A DNA stretch of 64,000 bases from an archaeon GW2011_AR18 (GTDB lineage: Archaea; Nanobdellota; Nanobdellia; SCGC-AAA011-G17; GW2011-AR18), in contig JWKX01000004.1 of the NCBI GenBank assembly GCA_000806155.1, forward strand, positions 1,185 to 65,184, in the 5' to 3' direction. The notes beneath the pieces are model-generated. The model did no database searches. It worked only from the letters and a program-made list of their open reading frames with translations, and was not told the origin of the DNA. Of this stretch, positions 10,272-20,400 are shown piece by piece. How positions within the stretch are numbered: the first letter of the stretch is position 1; every line of letters starts with the position of its first letter. The position numbers and the translations under genes are program-made.

Positions 10272-11044
10272 TATTGTTTTTCACCAATCACATAAAAAAG
10301 ATGTGCATACAATAATTTAACAGGCCATATCATAGGCATCTTCTCAAAATAGTACATATGCTTAAACCACCAAGGATAGGAATTGTTTTTAACATAATCA
10401 ATAGTATTAGAATGCCACTTAAGATTCTTTAATTTATCTTCCATCTTATGGAATTTCATGTCACGAAAACCAACACTATCAGGCCATATAGGACAGTTCA
10501 TAACACCAACTTTGACAATCTTCAAATTATGTTTTTTCAACAAATTCTTAACAGCAAAAGGATATAAGAATAATCTATCACCATGAGTCCAATGAACATC
10601 ATTAATCACATGAAGAATCCTGTGCAGAGGAGAACCAACATTGAAACCATTAACTGCTAAAAGACAGACATATTTTTTAGAGACACGAATAAATTCATCT
10701 AAAATCTCATCATAATTTTCATATTGTGATAGAGTGTTAAAGTTCCAGACAAAATCAAAAGAATTATCATTGAAAGGCATTTTAGTTAGTGATTTAGATT
10801 TAGAGGTATGAACTTTGAACTTTAATTCTTTCCAAGCCTTAATACCATCAAGATGCGAATTCAATAATGTCACATCACAACCAACTTCACCAAAACCTAA
10901 AGAATAAATTGAAGGCATAGCCTTAAGACCTGGAGCAGGAGCTTCTAAAACTGACTTTATATTAAATTCCTTAACTAACTCCTTCAGATTATTAGATATA
11001 GAATAACGCTCATAATCAAGCTGAAAAGTCTCATTTTCAATCAT
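10271..11044 (-). CDS. Putative SAM-dependent methyltransferase-like protein.
   Basis: Weak class I methyltransferase pattern: VLEAPAPG...GCDVTLLN...FDFVWNFNTL...YVCLLAVN. Its stop abuts the start of the GT2 gene. Confidence 0.4.
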   Translation of the reverse strand: MIENETFQLDYERYSISNNLKELVKEFNIKSVLEAPAPGLKAMPSIYSLGFGEVGCDVTLLNSHLDGIKAWKELKFKVHTSKSKSLTKMPFNDNSFDFVWNFNTLSQYENYDEILDEFIRVSKKYVCLLAVNGFNVGSPLHRILHVINDVHWTHGDRLFLYPFAVKNLLKKHNLKIVKVGVMNCPIWPDSVGFRDMKFHKMEDKLKNLKWHSNTIDYVKNNSYPWWFKHMYYFEKMPMIWPVKLLYAHLFYVIGEKQ

Positions 11045-11163
11045 GAAACTGTTACTACTAAATTCTTTAAATAAGTTTCTAAAACAATGCGTTGGTAACT
11101 TAGAGGGAGGTAAAATTATGTTTATTAAAAGACTTATATATTACATAAGTATATAGTTTGTTT

Positions 11164-11304
11164 ATGGGAATTGTAGAACTAAAAATTAAAGGTTTCAAGT
11201 GTGAAAGATGCAACCATGAATGGATACCTCATAATATAAAGAACGAGCCTACTGTATGCCCATCATGTAAAAGCCCTTACTGGAATAAGGAGAGAAAGAA
11301 ATAA
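11164..11304 (+). CDS. Small zinc-ribbon protein (46 aa).
   Basis: My own translation gives MGIVELKIKGFKCERCNHEWIPHNIKNEPTVCPSCKSPYWNKERKK, with two CxxC pairs. It is below the ORF-track size cutoff. Confidence 0.45.
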   Translation: MGIVELKIKGFKCERCNHEWIPHNIKNEPTVCPSCKSPYWNKERKK

Positions 11305-11724
11305 AAAGGAGGATATATAAAATAATATAATGGCATTATTTAATAAAAGAACAAAAAATACTATACTAAATGTTTTAGCAGTTTTAGGAGTGTTACTTGG
11401 ATTAATAGGTATAATCTTATTATTGTATAAAGTAATCTCTGGAATGTAAGGTTTTATTATGGTAAAAATTAAAGACATACTAAATATTGTGAGTTTCATA
11501 TTCACATTATTCTTGATAGTTTATGGTTTTGCTAAAGGTTATGACCTCGTAGAGTTAGGAATTTACAATCTTTACTTCATAACAGAAATCATAGTTCAAC
11601 TAATAAATATATTTTATAGAGAAGATAATTGATAACTATCTTTTAGAGTTTAAAACTCTCTCTAAGTTAACAATACAATAAATAAAAACTTTTATAACCA
11701 AGAAAGTTAGTTTTTAAAGAACTG

Positions 11725-12486
11725 ATGGTGAAGATAATAATAGACAATCCAGCAAATGTTGAAAATATAAAACATATGATGAGAGTAGATATGCATTCGC
11801 ATTCAACAGCATCTGATGGAAGAAATACAGCAGAAGAATTAATACAGAGAGCAAAAAAATTAAATATAAAGATAAGCATAACAGACCATAATGAGGTAAT
11901 ATCAAGTTTGAAAGCATGCAAGGTAGGAGTAGGAATACCTGGAATAGAGGTAACATCAAACAATGCACTAGACTTATTAGCATATTTTTACAATCACAAA
12001 GATATGGAAGATTATTATAAAAAATATATAGCAGGACATCACTTGAAGAATAGAGGATTTAATTTAAGAAAACTAAAATGGAGCACAGAGGAATTAATAG
12101 AAAAAACAAGAGAGTATGAATCATTGATAATATTAGCACACCCATTCACAATGAGGCCAAAAAACAGCCATAGATATGCAGTAAAACATCCGTGGCTAGT
12201 AAAAAAAATAGATGGAATAGAAGTAATAAACTCTATAATGCCATCATTCATGAATTCAAGAGCAGTAGAATGGGCAAAAGAATTAAATAAAGCTGCAACA
12301 GGGGGAAGTGATGCACATATGGTAAAATTCTTAGGCAATACAATAACATGCTCTGAAGCAGATAATATAGAAGAGTTTTTAAACAATATAAAAAAGAAAA
12401 GAAATTATGTGATAGGAAAAAGCATAAGCAGATTACATAAATGGCATTCAAACTTAGTAGTATTCACAAAAAACTTAGCGTGGTAA
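11725..12486 (+). CDS. PHP-domain metal-dependent phosphoesterase.
   Basis: Contains MRVDMHSHSTASDG...ITDHN...GGSDAH. The likely true start is at the internal MM near 11776. Confidence 0.75.
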   Translation: MVKIIIDNPANVENIKHMMRVDMHSHSTASDGRNTAEELIQRAKKLNIKISITDHNEVISSLKACKVGVGIPGIEVTSNNALDLLAYFYNHKDMEDYYKKYIAGHHLKNRGFNLRKLKWSTEELIEKTREYESLIILAHPFTMRPKNSHRYAVKHPWLVKKIDGIEVINSIMPSFMNSRAVEWAKELNKAATGGSDAHMVKFLGNTITCSEADNIEEFLNNIKKKRNYVIGKSISRLHKWHSNLVVFTKNLAW

Positions 12487-12487
12487 A

Positions 12488-13324
12488 ATGAAACAAACAA
12501 ATTATGTAGGTGGACAGGCAGTAGTCGAAGGGGTAATGATGAAGAATGGAGACAGGATAGCTGTAGCTATAAGAAACCCTAATGGAAAAATAACAGTAAA
12601 AAAAGAGAAACTGAAAATCAAAGAATCTAAAATACCATTTGTCAGAGGAGTTGTAAATCTGATCATAATAATGTATATAGGAATAAAGACATTAAATTAT
12701 TCAAGCAATGCACAACTAGGAAAAGAGGAAAAAATGGGCACAAAAGAAATAGTGTTCAGTTTATTATTTGCAGTTGTATTCGCAATATTATTATTCAAAT
12801 TCCTGCCATTATTAGCAAGCACATTCATAGATAAAACATATCATGTGAATAATTTTCTTTTTAATCTATTAGATGGAGTAATAAAAATCGGATTATTTGT
12901 GTTGTATATCTATATAATCTCATTAAATAAAGATGTATACAGAGTATTCCAATATCATGGAGCAGAACATAAAGCAGTAGCATGCTATGAGAACAAGAAA
13001 AAACTAACAATAAAAAATACACAAAAGTTCAGAACAGAACATAAAAGATGCGGAACAACATTCGTATTCCTAGTATTATTCATAAGCATACTTGTGTATA
13101 TGTTCATACCAAAAAGCTATGATATAACAACAAAACTAGGACTAAGGTTAATATTATTGCCAGTAATCGCCAGCATAAGCTATGAACTATTAAGACTAGG
13201 AGCGAAGTATTCTTTTATGAACATAATAATATTACCAGGATTATTGATACAGAAGTTAACAACAAAACAACCAGATGACAAACAAGTAGAAGTAGCAATA
13301 AAAGCACTGAAAGCTGTTATTTAA
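12488..13324 (+). CDS. DUF1385 family membrane protein.
   Basis: Contains GGQAVVEGVMM...YHGAEHKAV...RCGTTF, which is characteristic of DUF1385. Confidence 0.7.
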   Translation: MKQTNYVGGQAVVEGVMMKNGDRIAVAIRNPNGKITVKKEKLKIKESKIPFVRGVVNLIIIMYIGIKTLNYSSNAQLGKEEKMGTKEIVFSLLFAVVFAILLFKFLPLLASTFIDKTYHVNNFLFNLLDGVIKIGLFVLYIYIISLNKDVYRVFQYHGAEHKAVACYENKKKLTIKNTQKFRTEHKRCGTTFVFLVLFISILVYMFIPKSYDITTKLGLRLILLPVIASISYELLRLGAKYSFMNIIILPGLLIQKLTTKQPDDKQVEVAIKALKAVI

Positions 13325-13883
13325 AAATCATTTCTATAATCTTCAATTGCAAATTCTCAGGAAGAATCCTGAAAACTTTAAGAGAAAAATGATCAGGACT
13401 GATCTTTATTAAATCCTTATTATAATAATCAAGCAATACTGGCGTCTCTTTACTTGAAATATCCTGTATCAACAAACCAAAGGCTAAAACCTTAAAATCT
13501 CCAGAATAAAGAGTAATATAATCTCTCAAAGGAGTATCTATCTCTGAAGTCTTCAAATATCTAATCAAAGAATCTTTTTCAAATTTAACAATACCTGCAT
13601 TAACTTTGGAATCATCAATAATCTTATCATCTATCAAGAAAATAACTTTATCTTTACTATCCTTAATTCCATCAATTTTTTCCTTATCATAGACAATTGC
13701 ATCTTCAATGTTACTAAACTCTTCCATCTCAACAGCAAAATAAATATTATCATTATCATAAAAAGCAATAATTTGATTATTATTCTCTAACTCATCACGA
13801 AAGCTATTAGCATCATAAATAATAATCCCTAATAACAAACTAATCACTAAAGCAAAAATTCCTAATATCTTAAATATTCCCAT
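13317..13883 (-). CDS. Hypothetical N-terminally membrane-anchored protein.
   Basis: Single N-terminal TM segment. No family was recognised. Confidence 0.3.
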   Translation of the reverse strand: MGIFKILGIFALVISLLLGIIIYDANSFRDELENNNQIIAFYDNDNIYFAVEMEEFSNIEDAIVYDKEKIDGIKDSKDKVIFLIDDKIIDDSKVNAGIVKFEKDSLIRYLKTSEIDTPLRDYITLYSGDFKVLAFGLLIQDISSKETPVLLDYYNKDLIKISPDHFSLKVFRILPENLQLKIIEMIFK

Positions 13884-13886
13884 AAA

Positions 13887-14654
13887 TCAGATACTAATCC
13901 TTTTAGATAAATAATTATCGTTTTCATCAGATTCAACAATAACATCATCTTTATCAACATAAGCTTCAACCAAGAATTCTCTCTTAGAACCAATATTATA
14001 TTCACTCAATGAAGGACTATAGACCTCAACACAAGAATCTGACTTTATATTAGAGTAATAAGGAACATACCTTGATATAGTATCTACAACAATATTAATA
14101 CCTGATTGTCTGCTAATAGGTGCAGTAGGAGATTTGTTGCAGAATCTAACTTTAATCTTATTATCATTGCCTGATTTTACTATATCAATACCTGAAACAA
14201 CAAGATTAGGAGAGTATGAAGTTAGATTTAATTTTTTGAAAACCCTGTTATTATTCTCATTCTTTTCAATAACCTTATTGGTAGAATCTGCTATTACTAA
14301 AGATTCAACAATCCTTACATTTTCCATGAATGGCTTAAAAGAAGTCGATACCTGCGAGCACTCATTAGGTTCTATAACATTATTTTTAAATTCATTATAT
14401 TCATGGGCGTTTAATATAAATCTGATATCATAGTCATCAACTGAGGAACTTCCTCCATTACATACATTAACAACTAACCTATTACTCAAGAAATTATTTG
14501 AACTTTTTATGATATAAAAATCAGAAATATACAAGTCTTTAGTGCTAAATGAAAATTTACCTGTAATATCATCATTAAAAGAAAAAACTGCAAGACCAAA
14601 TATTGCTATCAATACTATAATTATTATATTTTTATTATCACCTACTTTATGCAT
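13887..14654 (-). CDS. Hypothetical anchored protein with two CARDB-like repeats.
   Basis: Has an N-terminal TM segment and two beta-rich repeats, each ending in an acidic/Asn patch (EKNENNN, ESDENDN) as in CARDB domains. Confidence 0.35.
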   Translation of the reverse strand: MHKVGDNKNIIIIVLIAIFGLAVFSFNDDITGKFSFSTKDLYISDFYIIKSSNNFLSNRLVVNVCNGGSSSVDDYDIRFILNAHEYNEFKNNVIEPNECSQVSTSFKPFMENVRIVESLVIADSTNKVIEKNENNNRVFKKLNLTSYSPNLVVSGIDIVKSGNDNKIKVRFCNKSPTAPISRQSGINIVVDTISRYVPYYSNIKSDSCVEVYSPSLSEYNIGSKREFLVEAYVDKDDVIVESDENDNYLSKRISI

Positions 14655-14741
14655 ACTCTTATTTTAGAGTTCAAGATATATAAAACTTATGCTAGATATT
14701 ATAGGACAAACATTTAAAAATAAAACTGATACCTTAAAACC

Positions 14742-16433
14742 ATGAAAGAACTAGTATTAAAGTATGCATTACAGAATGCTGTTAAGTTCAATGGAAAAGC
14801 AGATCCAGGAGCATTAATAGGAAAGGTATTAGGAGAGAATCCTGAATTAAAAAATAAATTAAATGAGATAAAAAAAGAGATAATGAGTATTGTAGAAGAA
14901 GTCAATTCTATGAAACCTGAAGAGCAATTAAAAAAATTACAGAAACTTGCTCCTGAATTATTAGAAGAGAAAAAAGTTGAGAAGAAAGAACTAAAAGAAT
15001 TACCTGGAGCTGAGATTGGAAAAATAGTGACAAGAATGCCACCAGAACCATCAAAATATCTACATCTAGGACATGCATTAACATTCTTAATAAATTATAT
15101 GTACGCAGAAAAATATCAAGGAAAATGTGTGTTAAGATTTGAGGACTGCAATCCAGAAAAAGTAACACAAGAATTCATAGATGCTGATCTAGATGATATA
15201 CAAAATTATCTAGGAATAAAACCCTCATCAATAGTCTATGTTTCTGATCATATGGATAAATTCTATGAATATGCAGAACAACTAATAACAGAGGGGAAAG
15301 CATACATGTGTTTTTGTGATAGAGAAAAAATGCAGGATCTAAGGCATAAAGGGAAAGAGTGTGACTGCAGAAAGAAAACTCCTAAAATAAATAAACAAGA
15401 ATGGGAAAATATGCTGAAAAAAAAGTATCAAGAGGGAGAATGTACCTTAAGATTAAAGATAGATATGAAAGCAACAAACCAGGTATTAAGAGATCCAGTA
15501 ATATTTAGGATAAATTATGCTAAACATTACAAATATGGAAATAAATATCATGTATGGCCATTATATGATTTTTACAATGCAATAGAAGAACATCTATGCG
15601 GAGTAAATTATGTATTAAGAAGCAATGAGTTCGGAACAATGAGAACAGAATTGCAGAACCATATAAGAGAATTATTTGGAATGAAAAATCCTAAAGAAAA
15701 ACAATACGGGAGATTCAATATCAATGATAAAACAACACAGGGAAGAGAGGTAAGAGAATTAATAGAGAAAGGTGAGGTAAATGGATGGGATGATCCAAGA
15801 TTAGTCACTTTAAAAGCCTTGAAGAGAAGAGGAATAGAGAGAGAGGTATATTATGAACTAATAAAAGAGGTTGGACTTACTCCTACACAAACTAATTTAG
15901 ATTTTACAGTAGTAGCTGCAATAAACAGAAGAATACTAGATAAGAAATCAAACAGATATTTTGTATTAGTTAATACTGAAAAAATAAAAGTGGATAATGC
16001 ACCAAAAAGAAAAGTAAAATTACCTTTACATCCAGAAGATGAGAAAAGAGGATATAGAACAATGGATACAGAATCAGAATTCTATATCACAAAAGAAGAT
16101 CTAAAAGAATTAAAAACAGAGAATAAGTTACACAGGTTAATGGACTGCATGAATTTAGAGTATAAAAATGATAAGTTTGTATATCACAGCCAAGACCATG
16201 ATACTTATAAGAATAGTAAGAACAAAGGAAAGATAATAAATTATCTGCCTGTAAGCAAAGACTTAGTAAAATGCACAATCATGATGGATGATGCAACAGT
16301 AGTTGAAGCAATAGCAGAACCAGATACTAAAAATGTAAAAGTAGATGATAAGATACAAGCGGAAAGGTTCGCATTCTTAAGACTAGATTCAATAACTAAA
16401 GGAAAATATAATTTTTGGTTTACACACAAATAG
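14742..16433 (+). CDS. gltX: Glutamate--tRNA ligase, archaeal type.
   Basis: Contains the HIGH-type motif PSKYLHLGHA, plus WPLYDF, VLRSNEF and GWDDPRLVTLKALKRRG. Confidence 0.9.
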   Translation: MKELVLKYALQNAVKFNGKADPGALIGKVLGENPELKNKLNEIKKEIMSIVEEVNSMKPEEQLKKLQKLAPELLEEKKVEKKELKELPGAEIGKIVTRMPPEPSKYLHLGHALTFLINYMYAEKYQGKCVLRFEDCNPEKVTQEFIDADLDDIQNYLGIKPSSIVYVSDHMDKFYEYAEQLITEGKAYMCFCDREKMQDLRHKGKECDCRKKTPKINKQEWENMLKKKYQEGECTLRLKIDMKATNQVLRDPVIFRINYAKHYKYGNKYHVWPLYDFYNAIEEHLCGVNYVLRSNEFGTMRTELQNHIRELFGMKNPKEKQYGRFNINDKTTQGREVRELIEKGEVNGWDDPRLVTLKALKRRGIEREVYYELIKEVGLTPTQTNLDFTVVAAINRRILDKKSNRYFVLVNTEKIKVDNAPKRKVKLPLHPEDEKRGYRTMDTESEFYITKEDLKELKTENKLHRLMDCMNLEYKNDKFVYHSQDHDTYKNSKNKGKIINYLPVSKDLVKCTIMMDDATVVEAIAEPDTKNVKVDDKIQAERFAFLRLDSITKGKYNFWFTHK

Positions 16434-16463
16434 TTTTAAATATTGAATAATAACTAGAATTCT

Positions 16464-17540
16464 ATGGATGTTTCCAAAAAAATAGAGATAATAAAATCAT
16501 TTGCTGAGGAGATAGTAACAGAAGAGGAATTAGTAGAATTATTCAAGACAAAAAAAGATATAATAGCATATGACGGATTTGAACCTTCAGGAAATATACA
16601 TATAGCACAAGGATTGATGAGAGTAATAACAGTAAATAAACTAACTTCTACAGGAATAAAATTTAAGTTCTGGGTAGCAGACTGGTTTGCAATGCTAAAT
16701 AATAAGTTTGAAGGAGATCTAGAAAAAATAAAAGTTGTAGGAGAGTATTTCATAGAAGTATGGAAAGCATCAGGACTAGATACTAAGAATGTGGAATTCA
16801 TATGGGCATCAGAATTCATAAAAGAACATCCAGAATATTGGGAGACAGTATTAAGATTATCAATGAATGCAACAGTACAAAGAGTATTAAGATGCGGACA
16901 GATAATGGGAAGAGAGGATAGTGTAAATAATCCAGCAGCACAGATATTATATCCATTAATGCAGGCAGCAGATATACATCATTTGAAAGCTGATATCGCA
17001 GAATTAGGATTAGATCAACGTAAGGTGAATATGCTGGCAAGAGAATTATTTCCTAAATTAGGATACAAAGCACCAATTGTTATTTCTCATCATATGCTCA
17101 TGGGATTACAATTCACAGAATCAAACTTAGAAGGAATAGACAAGAAAATAGCAATGAAAATGTCAAAGTCAAAACCAGACACAGCAATATTCATGACAGA
17201 CACAAAAGATGAAGTATTCAGCAAATTCAAGAAAGCATACTGTCCAGAAGGAGAGGAAAAAGATAATCCAGTACTAGAATATGCGAAATACATAGTATTT
17301 GAGAGATATAAAAAAATAGTGATAGAAAGACCAGAGAAATTTGGCGGAAATTTAGAGATAAAAAGTTATGAAGAATTAGTAAAACTATACTCAGAAAAGA
17401 AAATACATCCAATGGACTTAAAAAACACAATAGCAAAATACATCAATGAATTACTAGAACCAGTAAGAGAACATTTTGAGAAAAACAAAAAAGCAAAAGA
17501 ATTATACAATAAAGTTAAAAGCTATAAAATAACAAGATAA
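16464..17540 (+). CDS. tyrS: Tyrosine--tRNA ligase, archaeal type.
   Basis: Contains YDGFEPSGNIHIAQG (HIGH region), LGLDQRKVNMLARE and KMSKS. Confidence 0.9.
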   Translation: MDVSKKIEIIKSFAEEIVTEEELVELFKTKKDIIAYDGFEPSGNIHIAQGLMRVITVNKLTSTGIKFKFWVADWFAMLNNKFEGDLEKIKVVGEYFIEVWKASGLDTKNVEFIWASEFIKEHPEYWETVLRLSMNATVQRVLRCGQIMGREDSVNNPAAQILYPLMQAADIHHLKADIAELGLDQRKVNMLARELFPKLGYKAPIVISHHMLMGLQFTESNLEGIDKKIAMKMSKSKPDTAIFMTDTKDEVFSKFKKAYCPEGEEKDNPVLEYAKYIVFERYKKIVIERPEKFGGNLEIKSYEELVKLYSEKKIHPMDLKNTIAKYINELLEPVREHFEKNKKAKELYNKVKSYKITR

Positions 17541-17693
17541 TAAAAATTACAAACAAAAATTATCTTAAAATAGAATTGTATGCTCTTAAATCGTTAATTC
17601 TACAAGTCTATAAGTGAACCGCAGTGAGATGCCTGGTGGTAGCCAATCGCAATTGATAGTTAATTTTTTAAGCTTTTCTGCTTATCTTTACTT

Positions 17694-17942
17694 ATGGATA
17701 GGGTAGTACTTTACGGTTTGGAGTATAAAGAAGAAAAAGCATTAGTTGAATATCTGACTAAAAATGGTTATAGCTTATCTAATAATGATAGAATGGATGC
17801 GACAATTCGTGATAGTTCTGGCAATGATATTGGTGATTTTTTAAGAGGTACAGGACTTATGTTTCAGCAAAGGATAGAAATTCATGTAGAAGATAAAGAT
17901 TTAGAAAAAATTTTGAATAAATACATAGAAGAAGCAAAATGA
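17694..17942 (+). CDS. Hypothetical protein.
   Basis: ORF only. No family was recognised. Confidence 0.25.
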   Translation: MDRVVLYGLEYKEEKALVEYLTKNGYSLSNNDRMDATIRDSSGNDIGDFLRGTGLMFQQRIEIHVEDKDLEKILNKYIEEAK

Positions 17943-18030
17943 TAGAATTAGATAGAGTTAACTTACTTTATTAATAATACTAAAAGTCTACAGCAAATAT
18001 TTGTTTATTTTATAAAAAATATATTAAAAA

Positions 18031-18231
18031 TTAAGCTTTCTTGAATCTAGCTACAGTATCAATAAGATCAACATGACCCATGAATAAAGCTCTACAGCAG
18101 TATCTTTCCAAACCTAATTCATCAAGAACTTTCTTAGTATCTTCATTCTTAATAGTAGTACGCTCTTTGAACTCTTCCCATAAGTGAGCCACTGGTTTAC
18201 TGCAACTGAAGCATACAATTGGAATTATCAT
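18031..18231 (-). CDS. rpoN: DNA-directed RNA polymerase subunit N (Rpo10).
   Basis: MIIPIVCFSCSKPV...ERYCCRALFMGHVDLID is the Rpo10 zinc-bundle signature. Confidence 0.9.
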   Translation of the reverse strand: MIIPIVCFSCSKPVAHLWEEFKERTTIKNEDTKKVLDELGLERYCCRALFMGHVDLIDTVARFKKA

Positions 18232-18374
18232 AAAAATATCTAAATTAGGAATAATATTTAAAGCTTTCTAGAGACTAAAATTGTAACGTTAAAGGTAGTT
18301 ATTGACAATCATTTATTTTAATTTACCTTTTAGTAGTAGTTACATTATAGAAACATTTATAAATTTGCTAAAAT

Positions 18375-19547
18375 ATGATTTTAATATCGAAAATGGATGA
18401 AAAAAGAAAGCAAACATATGATGAACTATCTTCTAAGATAGGTGGAACTCTGCTTCTAAAATATAAAGGTAAAGTGCCAAATGGAAACACTATATGGGTT
18501 AAAAGAGAATTTGACAACCCCTTTGGTAGCCATTATGATAGGGTTTACCTAGATTTGTTTAGAAACTATGAAGAATCTGGAGATATTAATCCCGGAAATA
18601 AAGTTTTAGAAACAAGTTCCGGAGCAGCAGGAGTGTCTTTTGCTGGAATTGGAAAGTTACTAGGATATGAGTGTTTTGTTGTCTTGCCAGCAGGCGGAGA
18701 AAAGGCAAGAGAAACAGCAATCAAAGAACAATTAATTAGTGATAGTCATTTAATTTTAACACCAGCAGAAGAATATGTGAATGGATTTCCAAGATTTTTA
18801 AAAAGATTCCTCCCTCAAAATAGAGATTATTTTTTCCTTAATCACTCTATGGGTAAGATGGATAAAGAAACAAGACAATATACTAATAATGAAATTACTC
18901 TAAATGCATTAGAAGGAATAGCAAATGAAGTTATGGGGGAGATTAATGGGGTTCACTTCTTTATTCCAGCAGTAGGAAATGGTTCAAGTGTACTTGGTCC
19001 AGGCAGAGTCTTTCATGAATTAAGTAGAGTTCTTTATGGTGCAATTGAGGGATCAGTTGATGAGCATTCAAGTTTTGATATGTTTAATACAGAGCATATA
19101 AGAGAAGCAGTAGAATATGTTGATAGTGTGAAGACTAGAATTGTGCCTTTCGAAACATTTCAATCAGCAGTTTTATATGATTTGAAATATCCTGGAAAAT
19201 ACGCAGGAGAATTTGGAATAAAACCGGGAGCACTTTCTAGGCATAAATTACCTGGAACAAGCTTTCAAGGCATTGATTTCCCACATATAAGGAGATCTTT
19301 AGAAGATGGGCTTATTGAGGATATTCTACTTGTTAGTGATGGTAGGATGGATGCTGAATATCACGCATTAACTGGAAGAAATGACTCAGAGAGATTGGTT
19401 CATTGGGATACTCCATTCGAAAATCATGAAGAATTTGGAAGGACCACAAGAGCTGGTGTTAATGTTGCATTGAGAATAGCAGACAATGTTGAAGGAAAAA
19501 ATATATTAGTTATTGGCTATGATAAAGCTAATAGATATGATTCTTAA
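18375..19547 (+). CDS. Fold-type II PLP-enzyme-like protein (cysteine synthase / Trp synthase beta superfamily). The usual Schiff-base lysine position is occupied by Tyr.
   Basis: VKREFDNPFGSHYDRVY...PGNKVLETSSGAAGVSFA...GYECFVVLP matches the family pattern K.E..NP.GS.KDR ... SSGN.G, except that the motif reads SHYDR instead of S.KDR. Confidence 0.6.
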   Translation: MILISKMDEKRKQTYDELSSKIGGTLLLKYKGKVPNGNTIWVKREFDNPFGSHYDRVYLDLFRNYEESGDINPGNKVLETSSGAAGVSFAGIGKLLGYECFVVLPAGGEKARETAIKEQLISDSHLILTPAEEYVNGFPRFLKRFLPQNRDYFFLNHSMGKMDKETRQYTNNEITLNALEGIANEVMGEINGVHFFIPAVGNGSSVLGPGRVFHELSRVLYGAIEGSVDEHSSFDMFNTEHIREAVEYVDSVKTRIVPFETFQSAVLYDLKYPGKYAGEFGIKPGALSRHKLPGTSFQGIDFPHIRRSLEDGLIEDILLVSDGRMDAEYHALTGRNDSERLVHWDTPFENHEEFGRTTRAGVNVALRIADNVEGKNILVIGYDKANRYDS

Positions 19548-20293
19548 TCCTCTTGAATTGATTTTATTTTTTTATCAACCACAATTTTTTCTTTATTAAC
19601 AAATTTAGAAAAACTATTGTTTTTTTTATATGTTTTAAATAATTCCTCTGTTATTCCTCTCTTTGTTTGAGCATTCGTTATTGTATCTTCAATTCTTTGA
19701 GTATCAGATAATGTATTAAATACTAGAGAAAAATAAGCTTCCAAATTTTCATGTCTACTTCCTTCCTTCCTTAAATATTGGAAATAATTTAAGATATGGG
19801 CATAGACTCTTGACATAATCCCCAACTCTTTAATTGTATCATCACATTTATTTAAATAACTAGTAATTGGAAGAAAGTAATCTCTAAATTTATTTAATAA
19901 ATAGAGGTTTACCTTTTTATTTTGATTATATAGGAGAATATTTATTTTCTCTTTTATAACAGGAGAACAAGCAACACTGATAATTGGGAATTCCATAATT
20001 ATATTTTTTGGAGTGAAATTAATTAATATTTTACTATCATCTAAATAAGGTTTAATCTCTTTTATTAGATTTGAAACTTCTTCTGGTTGAGTTAGAATAC
20101 AAATTATATCTGATTTTTTAACAGCGAATATATTATTATTAGTTGTATTTGGAAATTCTTTAGTCAACTTTTTTAAAATTTTCTTATTTCTTGTTGTTGG
20201 ATAAATTGTTTTATTACCATATCTACTTGATATACATCGAGATATTGAGTAACCTAATCTTCCGCACCCTAAAATTGCTATATTCAAAACCAT
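19544..20293 (-). CDS. NAD(P)-binding Rossmann protein, possibly related to pyrroline-5-carboxylate reductase.
   Basis: The N-terminal IAILGCGRLG dinucleotide-binding motif is present; the rest is weakly similar at best. Confidence 0.35.
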   Translation of the reverse strand: MVLNIAILGCGRLGYSISRCISSRYGNKTIYPTTRNKKILKKLTKEFPNTTNNNIFAVKKSDIICILTQPEEVSNLIKEIKPYLDDSKILINFTPKNIIMEFPIISVACSPVIKEKINILLYNQNKKVNLYLLNKFRDYFLPITSYLNKCDDTIKELGIMSRVYAHILNYFQYLRKEGSRHENLEAYFSLVFNTLSDTQRIEDTITNAQTKRGITEELFKTYKKNNSFSKFVNKEKIVVDKKIKSIQED

Positions 20294-20354
20294 AATAATT
20301 AAAATAAAACCAGATATAAAAATGTAACGGATATTTATTTATATGTGTAGTAAG

Positions 20355-20368
20355 GTGACATATGTCAC
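20355..20368. repeat. Perfect 14-bp palindrome GTGACATATGTCAC.
   Basis: Read directly from the sequence. It lies 33 nt upstream of the transposase-like fragment. Confidence 0.6.
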
Positions 20369-20400
20369 TAGTCTAATAGGATTTGTTCTATCTAATTCCT

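Noticed and set aside
14742-15050. The ~95-residue N-terminal extension of GluRS resembling GatB/YqeY tails (YALQNAVKFNGKADPGALIGKVLGENPEL), considered as a novel fusion.
   Set aside because: As far as I recall, archaeal GluRS proteins commonly carry this N-terminal region, so it is probably ancestral and not unusual.
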